64,000 nucleotides of DNA from a virus. The notes under the pieces were generated by a model. The model was given only the letters and a program-made list of their open reading frames with translations, had not been told where the DNA came from and did not search any database. A program made the translations under genes and the position numbers. The stretch is taken from IMG/VR virus record IMGVR_UViG_3300037876_000116, positions 28,520 to 92,519 of that record; one strand, 5' to 3'. Below, one piece after another: positions 1-7,228 of this stretch. The first letter of the stretch is position 1. The number at the start of each line of letters is the position of its first letter.

Positions 1-84
1 GATGCCCTTGGCTATGTCCCTTCTACATCTTTAAAAAAAGGTCTATCAAGCACCATCAACTGGTATAAGAACAATAGAGGCTAG
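1..84 (+). CDS. 3' end of an NAD-dependent epimerase/dehydratase (partial, runs off the window)
   Basis: Frame 1 reads DALGYVPSTSLKKGLSSTINWYKNNRG* with TAG at 82-84. This is the typical LG-x-x-P...L..GL..TI.WY C-terminus of extended SDR sugar epimerases. Confidence 0.7.
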   Translation, partial: DALGYVPSTSLKKGLSSTINWYKNNRG

Positions 85-85
85 A

Positions 86-1087
86 ATGAGTTTCTGGAAA
101 AATAAAAAAGTTCTCATCACAGGCGGTGCTGGGTTTATCGGCTCAAACTTAGCAAAAGATTTATTAAAAAACCATGCAAAAATTACTTTAGTTGACAACT
201 TTGAACGAGGAAAGATGGAGTTCATCGAGGACATCGCAAGCTCTGTTGATTTAATAGTCGGAGATCTAAAGAACAAATCTTTTTGCAAGCAAGTATTTTC
301 TAAAGACATTGATATAGTAATCCACATGGCGTCGAAAGTTGGCGGTATAGGATACTATACAAGCAAGCCCTACGAAGTTATAAATGAAATGTTAAAGATA
401 GATTCTAATGTTCTGGAGTCGGTTCTTGAAAACAATATTCATAGATACTTTTACGCTAGTAGCGCTCACGTATATCCTATTGAACTTCAAGGTACTCCTG
501 ATAGTGTCGCTATCACAGAAGACCAAGCTTATCCTTCTAATCCTGAGCTTTCTTACGGCTGGGCAAAATTAATTGCCGAAAAACAAATTGAATACGCTTG
601 TAAAGAAAACCCCGACCTTCGTGTTGCGATGGCAAGATATATAGGTATTTTTGGACCAAATCAAGACTATGCTTTGGAAACTGGCTCTGTAATACCTGTT
701 TTTACTCATCGCGCAATAAAATATCCTAAAGTGCCTTTTAGCGTGTGGGGCACTGGACAAGAAACACGTTCTTATTGCTATATCGATGACGCCATCGAAT
801 GCACAAAGCGCATGATTGAAAAAATGAAAACCAAACAGATCGTGGGTCCTTTAAATGTAGGGAAACAAGAAAGAATAAAAATAGAAGACATTGCAAAAAA
901 AGTCATTGAATTATCAGGAAAAGATATTATAATTGAGTTTGATACAACAAAAGAGACTTTAATTTGGGGACAATGGTGCGACTGTTCTTTAGCCAAAGAC
1001 GAGTTAGATGGCTGGGAAGCAATAACATCTTTTGAAGAAGGATTAAAAAGAATACAACAAGATTTATTAAGGAGAATCAATGTCTGA
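86..1087 (+). CDS. NAD-dependent sugar epimerase, GDP-mannose 3,5-epimerase-like extended SDR
   Basis: TGGAGFIG Rossmann motif, ASSAHVYP, catalytic YGWAK (YxxxK), VWGTGQETRSYCYIDD. Confidence 0.85.
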   Translation: MSFWKNKKVLITGGAGFIGSNLAKDLLKNHAKITLVDNFERGKMEFIEDIASSVDLIVGDLKNKSFCKQVFSKDIDIVIHMASKVGGIGYYTSKPYEVINEMLKIDSNVLESVLENNIHRYFYASSAHVYPIELQGTPDSVAITEDQAYPSNPELSYGWAKLIAEKQIEYACKENPDLRVAMARYIGIFGPNQDYALETGSVIPVFTHRAIKYPKVPFSVWGTGQETRSYCYIDDAIECTKRMIEKMKTKQIVGPLNVGKQERIKIEDIAKKVIELSGKDIIIEFDTTKETLIWGQWCDCSLAKDELDGWEAITSFEEGLKRIQQDLLRRINV

Positions 1088-1481
1088 TAGAAAATATTTA
1101 CCAACATTATCTGAGCTAATAGACAGGCTTTCAATCGTACAACTTAAAGAAGTGTTTATTCCCGACCACAAAAATGAATATTCACAAGAGATTAAAGATA
1201 TTGTTCACGATATTCAGCTTTGTTTGAATGAAGGTTGCGAGATTACTGCCGAAACAATCCGAGCTATTGTTGTCTTATCGCAAATGAACTTGCACATCTG
1301 GCACAACGAATCCAACTATCGTAAAGGTATAAAAGATGGGAATAATCTTGAATTAACTCACGGGATTAATGGTATCCGCAACACTGCTAAAAACAAGATT
1401 CAAGAAATTAACGGTGGTCGAAAAGACTACAAAATTGACTGTTTGGCAGCCGAGTTTAAAGATTGGGAAGTTAGCTGGTAA
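1080..1481 (+). CDS. Conserved hypothetical helical protein (DUF4254/DUF6165-like)
   Basis: TLSELIDRLSIVQLK N-terminus, NLHIWHNESNYR and RNTAKNKI motifs. It overlaps the upstream stop and has an AGGAG RBS. Confidence 0.6.
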   Translation: MSDRKYLPTLSELIDRLSIVQLKEVFIPDHKNEYSQEIKDIVHDIQLCLNEGCEITAETIRAIVVLSQMNLHIWHNESNYRKGIKDGNNLELTHGINGIRNTAKNKIQEINGGRKDYKIDCLAAEFKDWEVSW

Positions 1482-2224
1482 TGAAGATATTGGTCATAGG
1501 AGACGCCTGTGAAGATGTGTATATATATGGCTCTTCTAACAGGCTTGCTCCTGAAGCTCCTGTTCCTGTTTTTGTTCCCGAAGATGTCACAACAAACGGT
1601 GGAATGGCTTTAAATGTTTTTGCTAATTTAAAATCTCTAGGTTGTGATTGCGAGGTTATACACAACACAGAGAGCATCAAAAAGACAAGATATGTAGACA
1701 AAAAAACTAACCATATTTTCCTTAGAGTTGATACTGACGACAAAAAATGTGAAAGAATAAACGATAAGTATTTGCAAAAGCGCTTTTTATCCCAACATGA
1801 TGTTGTCGTTATATCAGATTATAACAAAGGCTTTTTGACTGAAGAGGACATAGAAAAGATTTGTTACAATCATCCTTTGACCTTTATGGATACAAAGAAA
1901 AAACTTGGTCGATGGTCGAAAGATTGTAAATGGATTAAAATAAACGAAGTAGAGTATGAAGAGACAAAAGAAAAAGTTGAAAACTTAAAACACATATTTG
2001 ATGACAAACTTATCGTAACTTTAAGTGAGAAAGGTTGTCGTTATAAAGAAGAGATATTTCCAGTTGAAAAAGTAGAAATTAAAGACCTTAGCGGAGCAGG
2101 AGATACTTTTCTCGCGGGTCTTGTTTGCAAATACTTAAGCACTAATGATATTAAACAGGCGATAACTTTCGCTAATGAATGCGCTACTAAAGTAGTACAA
2201 AGGAGAGGAGTAAATGTCGTTTAA
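1481..2224 (+). CDS. rfaE1: Heptose-7-phosphate kinase-like PfkB sugar kinase (HldE/RfaE domain I as a stand-alone gene)
   Basis: ILVIGD..D.YIYG, RLAPEAPVPV, GGMALNV..NL..LG, ISDYNKG and the PfkB signature DLSGAGDTFLAG. Confidence 0.85.
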   Translation: MKILVIGDACEDVYIYGSSNRLAPEAPVPVFVPEDVTTNGGMALNVFANLKSLGCDCEVIHNTESIKKTRYVDKKTNHIFLRVDTDDKKCERINDKYLQKRFLSQHDVVVISDYNKGFLTEEDIEKICYNHPLTFMDTKKKLGRWSKDCKWIKINEVEYEETKEKVENLKHIFDDKLIVTLSEKGCRYKEEIFPVEKVEIKDLSGAGDTFLAGLVCKYLSTNDIKQAITFANECATKVVQRRGVNVV

Positions 2225-2504
2225 AAAATATTATCAACACTACCTAGCACTACACCAAAATAAGTGGAATCGAAGATTACACGTCCTTGGAAACGCAGTG
2301 ACCATTACATTCGCAACTCTTTGCGTTTTACATTCCCTTTGGCTTATGTTATTGTTAACACCATTCATAATTTATCCTTTCGCTTGGAGCGGGCATTTCT
2401 TTTTTGAGAAAAACAAGCCTGCTGCTTTTTCTAATCCTTTGTGGGCAAAAGCATCCGACTGGGTAATGCTAAAAGATATTCTAACAGGAAAAATAAGGTG
2501 GTAA
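2214..2504 (+). CDS. DUF962/Mpo1-like small membrane protein
   Basis: YLALHQNKWNRRLH and AWSGHFFFEKNKPAAF..PLW...DW motifs flank a hydrophobic core. Confidence 0.8.
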   Translation: MSFKKYYQHYLALHQNKWNRRLHVLGNAVTITFATLCVLHSLWLMLLLTPFIIYPFAWSGHFFFEKNKPAAFSNPLWAKASDWVMLKDILTGKIRW

Positions 2505-2507
2505 CAA

Positions 2508-3437
2508 ATGGCTAATGTGTTGATTACAGGCGGAGCAGGTTACATTGGAAGTGAACTAGTACAATTTCTTTTGCCTGATCATAAAGTAACAGTTTTAGAT
2601 AATCTTATGTACGACAGAGATTCTCTTTTGCGTTACGTTCCAAATAAGAATTTTGATTTTATCAGGGGAGATGTAAGAGATACTGCTTTATTTGAGAAGC
2701 TCTTAAAAAAAACTGATATTATTATTCCGCTAGCAGCTTTAGTAGGGTTTCCTTTGTGCGACAGAAAGCCCGTTGAAGCTATCGATGTTAATTGCGGAGC
2801 AAACGAATGGCTCGCGCAAAAAAAATCTACTGATCAGATCGTCATCTATCCTTGTACAAATTCTGGCTATGGTAAAAGCATAGATGGTTCTGTGGTTACT
2901 GAAGAGTCTCCTCTCAACCCTGTGTCGCTATATGGGAAAACCAAAGTTGAAGCCGAGGATGTTTTTAGAGAAACTGATAACTGCGCTACTTTTCGTTTAG
3001 CTACAGTATGCGGTCCATCCAGCAGAATGAGGACTGACCTTCTTGTAAATAATTTTGTCCTTCGAGCACTTCGAGACAGAATTCTGGTCCTTTATGAATG
3101 TGAATTTATGAGAAACTATGTTCACATCCACGACGTGTGTCGCTCGTTTAAGTTTTTAATTGACAACTGGAATGATTGTAAAAACGATACCTACAATCTC
3201 GGTCACGACGCAATGAATATGAACAAGCTTCAACTAGCAGAAAAAATCGGTGAACATACTCCGCTTGAAATTATTAAGGCAGAATTCACAAAAGATCCAG
3301 ATGTAAGAGATTACATTGTAAGCAGTCAAAAGATCTACGACAAAGGCTTTGAATGCCTATACGATCTCGACATCAGCATTGAGCAGCTTATAAAGGCTTA
3401 CAAAATTATTGACTCTCCTTGGTATGCGAACTACTAG
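2508..3437 (+). CDS. NAD-dependent epimerase/dehydratase (WcaG-like extended SDR)
   Basis: TGGAGYIG, GDVRD, LAALVG, YGKTK (YxxxK), RNYVHIHDV. Confidence 0.85.
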   Translation: MANVLITGGAGYIGSELVQFLLPDHKVTVLDNLMYDRDSLLRYVPNKNFDFIRGDVRDTALFEKLLKKTDIIIPLAALVGFPLCDRKPVEAIDVNCGANEWLAQKKSTDQIVIYPCTNSGYGKSIDGSVVTEESPLNPVSLYGKTKVEAEDVFRETDNCATFRLATVCGPSSRMRTDLLVNNFVLRALRDRILVLYECEFMRNYVHIHDVCRSFKFLIDNWNDCKNDTYNLGHDAMNMNKLQLAEKIGEHTPLEIIKAEFTKDPDVRDYIVSSQKIYDKGFECLYDLDISIEQLIKAYKIIDSPWYANY

Positions 3438-3842
3438 ATGAAAGTTGTCTGGACTAACGGATGCTTCGATATTTTGCATCGAGGGCACGTAGAGCTTTTT
3501 AAGTTTTGTAAATCACAAGGCGACTATCTTGTTGTTGGTATAGATACAGACAGCCGCGTAAAAGAAAGCAAAGGACCAGCCCGCCCTTTCAACAGTCAAG
3601 AAGACCGAAAGTTCTTTCTTGAAGCAATCAAGTACATTGATAAGGTTGTATTATTCTCAACTGATGATGAGCTAGGACAGAGACTTGTTGAGAGTAGCGT
3701 AGATACAATGATTGTTGGTTCTGATTGGAAAGGCAAGATAGTTGTAGGACAGGAAAAGGTTAACAAGGTTTTATTTTTTGATAGAATAGGAACATACTCT
3801 ACCACAAACATTTTGGAGGCAAACAATGACGTATGTAGTTGA
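3438..3842 (+). CDS. rfaE2: Heptose-1-phosphate nucleotidyltransferase-like (HldE/RfaE domain II, cytidylyltransferase fold)
   Basis: WTNGCFDILHRGH (HxGH), KGPARP, GSDW and a C-terminal YSTT. Confidence 0.85.
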   Translation: MKVVWTNGCFDILHRGHVELFKFCKSQGDYLVVGIDTDSRVKESKGPARPFNSQEDRKFFLEAIKYIDKVVLFSTDDELGQRLVESSVDTMIVGSDWKGKIVVGQEKVNKVLFFDRIGTYSTTNILEANNDVCS

Positions 3843-4155
3843 TATTGATGGAACAATCTGTGAAAAGGTCTCTGGTAACGACTACACACAAGCACAGCCA
3901 CTACACAATCGAATAAAGATTATTAACCAGCTTTACGATGATGGTTGTGAGATTATTTATTTTACTGCAAGAGGGATGGGTCGTCACAACAACGATGCTG
4001 AAAAAGCTATCGCTCAGTTTTATGACTTAACCGAAAAACAACTTGCTTCTTGGGGAGCCAAGTATCACAAACTTATGCTTGGTAAACCTGCTGGAGATTT
4101 TTACATTGACGATAAAGGAATAAGTGCTCATGTCTACTTTGAATCAGGGTCTTGA
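3826..4155 (+). CDS. Capless HAD-superfamily phosphatase (capsule-biosynthesis EcbF/BcbF-like)
   Basis: VDIDGT (DxD), FTAR, GKP and YIDDK motifs; GGAGG RBS. Confidence 0.8.
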   Translation: MTYVVDIDGTICEKVSGNDYTQAQPLHNRIKIINQLYDDGCEIIYFTARGMGRHNNDAEKAIAQFYDLTEKQLASWGAKYHKLMLGKPAGDFYIDDKGISAHVYFESGS

Positions 4156-4156
4156 G

Positions 4157-4498
4157 ATGAAGTTCGTCAAAAAAGGCTGGGGTTACGAGAAGTGGATCGT
4201 AAACAAGTCTGAGTATTGCGGAAAACTTCTTTTCTTTATGAAAGGAAAAAGGTGCTCTTGGCATTACCACGAACTTAAAGACGAAGTTTTTTATTTACAA
4301 TCAGGAAAGATGTTGGTTAAATTTTCTGACCAAGACAACATCGCACTGGCTGAAGAACTTGTCTTAAGCCCTGGCGACAACTTTCATGTATGGCGAGGTC
4401 TAAGACATCAAATGATTGCTCTGAAAGATTCAGAGCTTTTTGAATTTTCCACCGAGCATTTTGACTCTGATTCTAAAAGAATTTTGAGAGGTGATTAA
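4157..4498 (+). CDS. Cupin-fold sugar isomerase/epimerase
   Basis: KGWGYE, CSWHYHELKDEVF and LRHQM metal-binding cupin motifs. Start placed at ATG 4157, just after the upstream TGA, rather than at 4124. Confidence 0.75.
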   Translation: MKFVKKGWGYEKWIVNKSEYCGKLLFFMKGKRCSWHYHELKDEVFYLQSGKMLVKFSDQDNIALAEELVLSPGDNFHVWRGLRHQMIALKDSELFEFSTEHFDSDSKRILRGD

Positions 4499-5448
4499 TG
4501 AAACTCGTTGTTATCACAGGATGTCTAGGTTTAATTGGCTCATACGTCACAAGAAAATGCCTCTCTAAGGGATGGAAGGTCTATGGGGTAGACAACCTAA
4601 CCTATGCGGCAAACAAATCGTTTCTAGAGGCATTTAAGAGGGATTCTAACTTTACCTTTTTGGAAGAGGACATAGCCCAACTTAAATCTTTACCAGATTG
4701 TGATTATGTTATTAATATTGCTGCGGAATCTCACGTAGGTAACAGTATCATTGATAGTAGTGATTTTATCGAAACAAACGTGAATGGAGTTAAAAACCTG
4801 CTCGATCTTATACGCAACAAACCAGACAATACCATGAAGCGCCCCGTATTCTTTCACTTCAGCACTGATGAAGTCTATGGAGACATTACTGAAGGCGAGC
4901 ATGTAGAGACGGACCCTCTTATCCCAAGCAACCCCTACTCAGCCTCCAAAGCATCATCAGACATGCTTATTTTGGCTTGGGCAAGAACTTACGGCGTAAA
5001 ATACGTCATTGTTCGTCCAACAAATAACTACGGCGAAGGACAATACCCAGAAAAACTTATTCCTTTGTGCGTGAAGCTCCTCCAAAGAGGAAAAAAGATA
5101 ATGCTCCATGACGAAGGTGAGCCAATTCGTAACTGGCTTCACGCAGAAGACACAGCAGAAGCAGTTACAACTATTGTAGAATCCGGCAAAGTAGATGAAA
5201 TCTTTAACATTCCAGGCGATTTTGAACAAAAGAATTATTTAACTGTTAAAAAAATCATCGAAGCATACTACAATAATAATGTAAAATGGAAAGATTACGT
5301 GGACTTAAACCACAAACGCCCAGGTCAAGATATAAGATATGCATTGAACGGCGACAAATTAAAACAACTCGGATGGAAACCTGCAAAGGTTTTTGACGAG
5401 GAAATTGTAAAACTTGTTCAGTTTTACAAAGAGAATTTCAAATGGTAA
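4498..5448 (+). CDS. rmlB: dTDP-glucose 4,6-dehydratase
   Basis: AAESHV, STDEVYG, PSNPYSASKAS, NNYG..QYPEKLIP and RPGQDIRYA are the RmlB signature set. Confidence 0.9.
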   Translation: MKLVVITGCLGLIGSYVTRKCLSKGWKVYGVDNLTYAANKSFLEAFKRDSNFTFLEEDIAQLKSLPDCDYVINIAAESHVGNSIIDSSDFIETNVNGVKNLLDLIRNKPDNTMKRPVFFHFSTDEVYGDITEGEHVETDPLIPSNPYSASKASSDMLILAWARTYGVKYVIVRPTNNYGEGQYPEKLIPLCVKLLQRGKKIMLHDEGEPIRNWLHAEDTAEAVTTIVESGKVDEIFNIPGDFEQKNYLTVKKIIEAYYNNNVKWKDYVDLNHKRPGQDIRYALNGDKLKQLGWKPAKVFDEEIVKLVQFYKENFKW

Positions 5449-5458
5449 GGAGAAAAAA

Positions 5459-5635
5459 ATGAAACTTTCAAATCAAGGAATGGGCACTCTTATGATGTGT
5501 CTTCAGAAATCCCTCATGGAACAAAGCGATATCATGCCTATGCTACAAGAACTTAATTTCGAATTAGAAGGAGAAGAAATTGTGTGTACCAATCCGCCTA
5601 CAGTAGAAATAAACCTAACAGACACAGATGCCTAA
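5459..5635 (+). CDS. Small hypothetical protein
   Basis: ATG at 5459 follows AAGGAG (5447-5452); reads MKLSNQGMGTLMMCLQKSL; overlaps the next start. Confidence 0.65.
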   Translation: MKLSNQGMGTLMMCLQKSLMEQSDIMPMLQELNFELEGEEIVCTNPPTVEINLTDTDA

Positions 5636-5891
5636 ATACTTTTATAAATGCCTTAGCGACGAATGTGAACAAATATTCGAAGCAGTTCACTCTATGAAAG
5701 AGAAGCTTGATACTTGTCTACATTGCTCTGGCAGTGTAGAAAGAATCCCTATAAATATGGTAAATATCTCTAAGAATTCTACTAGCGAGCAAGCCAAACA
5801 AAAAACAGGGACAGCCGTTAAAAAAAGTATTGAAGAGTTTAGGCAAGACTTAAAAGATGAAAAAAGCAGACTTAGTAAGGTAGAATTTTGA
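5628..5891 (+). CDS. FmdB-family zinc-ribbon protein
   Basis: MPKYFYKC....C...FE and CLHC..VER pattern. Confidence 0.75.
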   Translation: MPKYFYKCLSDECEQIFEAVHSMKEKLDTCLHCSGSVERIPINMVNISKNSTSEQAKQKTGTAVKKSIEEFRQDLKDEKSRLSKVEF

Positions 5892-6313
5892 TGATACGAA
5901 TTATTTTAACTTTATCAGCAATCATAAATTTTGTTTTAATAGCTTTTGTTGTGGGGTTTCTACCTTTATTGCTGTCTTTAGCTGTTGTTAGCATTGCAGT
6001 TCTTATCTGGTACATATTAAGACTAAGAAAAGAGCTTACAAGTGTATCTACCGACTTAGAACAATTTTTTAAAAAAATAGATCAATATGAAAAACACGTA
6101 GATCAGATCCATGGTATGGAAATGTTCTATGGAGATCAGACCCTACAAGGTTTGATCAAACATTCTCGTGAAATGATAAACGAGATTATAGACCTTCAGG
6201 AAAGATATTTCTTGGAAGAGGAAGAAGATTTTGACAGAACCCAAAAAGAAAAAGACCCGCAAGAGGAAAAAGAATCTATACTTCACAGAAGTACACCAAA
6301 AAGCGATAGTTGA
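5888..6313 (+). CDS. Hypothetical membrane protein with a coiled-coil tail
   Basis: About 40 hydrophobic N-terminal residues, then a helical region containing EMFYGDQTL. The start could be ATG 5891. Confidence 0.6.
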   Translation: MMIRIILTLSAIINFVLIAFVVGFLPLLLSLAVVSIAVLIWYILRLRKELTSVSTDLEQFFKKIDQYEKHVDQIHGMEMFYGDQTLQGLIKHSREMINEIIDLQERYFLEEEEDFDRTQKEKDPQEEKESILHRSTPKSDS

Positions 6314-6932
6314 GTACGCCTTAACAGATTGCCGAAAAGTAAGAACTGACCTTTATATTCAATACATCGGTCCTGTTTTTGACGAGATGGTGGACAAGAT
6401 TACTTATACTTATAAATTCACTACACTACCAAACATCGATGTTCTTAAGGATGAATGCAAGATTTGGCTCACAACCATCTTGGATAAGTTTGACCCAGAG
6501 AAAGGCTCCAAAGCTTTTTCTTATTTTAGTGTGATTACCAAGAACTGGTTCATACACAAGGTTAAGAAAAACTCTAAGAACCTTAAAAAAGAAATTAGTT
6601 ACGATGATGTTGTGGGCGAAATTGAACAAACACACCAACTACAAGAACCAACTTATCTTGATAGAAGAGAAAAATATGAATTTTGGATGAGTCTAAACAA
6701 CCAATTTGATAAATGGGAAAAGCAAAATTTAAAAGAAAATGAGAGAAAAGTTTTAAATGCAATTATGGATCTTTTCGATAATGTAGATGACCTTGAAATT
6801 TTTAATAAAAAAGCTATTTATATGCATATAAGAGAACTTACAAATCTTAATACGAAGCAGGTAGTCAATAATCTAAATCGTTTAAGAGAAAAATATAGAA
6901 ATTTCAAAAGAGAGTATTACGAGGAAACATAA
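6231..6932 (+). CDS. Phage late-transcription sigma factor, T4 gp55-like
   Basis: LDKFDPEKGSKAFSYFSVITKNWFI resembles sigma region 2 of gp55 (FDPEK..AFxYF). Basic N-terminus; TTG start after GAGG. Confidence 0.75.
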   Translation: MTEPKKKKTRKRKKNLYFTEVHQKAIVEYALTDCRKVRTDLYIQYIGPVFDEMVDKITYTYKFTTLPNIDVLKDECKIWLTTILDKFDPEKGSKAFSYFSVITKNWFIHKVKKNSKNLKKEISYDDVVGEIEQTHQLQEPTYLDRREKYEFWMSLNNQFDKWEKQNLKENERKVLNAIMDLFDNVDDLEIFNKKAIYMHIRELTNLNTKQVVNNLNRLREKYRNFKREYYEET

Positions 6933-7226
6933 ATGGCTAAAACTGATCTTGAAACCTGTCTGCAAAGTGCTTTAGAGAACGTTGAGAACGATAGAGCACT
7001 AGCTTTAACTTTGCTTTCCGACCTGATGTTGTACATTAATAAGGAAGAAGCAAGACATAAGGAAGTAGGATTAACAGCAGCCAAGTATTTAGAAACTTTA
7101 CAAAGATCTAACGAACAACTTGTAAAATTATCCTCTTTGCTTTATAAAAAAAGCAATACTACCGAAGGTCTAACTGCCACCGATAAAGAAGATTTGTACG
7201 CTCTCATACAAAATGAAGAGGGCTGA
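6933..7226 (+). CDS. Hypothetical helical protein
   Basis: GAGG RBS; abuts the upstream stop; KYLETLQRSNEQLVKL motif. Confidence 0.6.
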   Translation: MAKTDLETCLQSALENVENDRALALTLLSDLMLYINKEEARHKEVGLTAAKYLETLQRSNEQLVKLSSLLYKKSNTTEGLTATDKEDLYALIQNEEG

Positions 7227-7228
7227 GA

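Noticed and set aside
3435-3440. TAG-ATG in-frame junction that could fuse the epimerase and the nucleotidyltransferase
   Set aside because: Both proteins are complete stand-alone domains, and abutting stop-start junctions are common in this operon.
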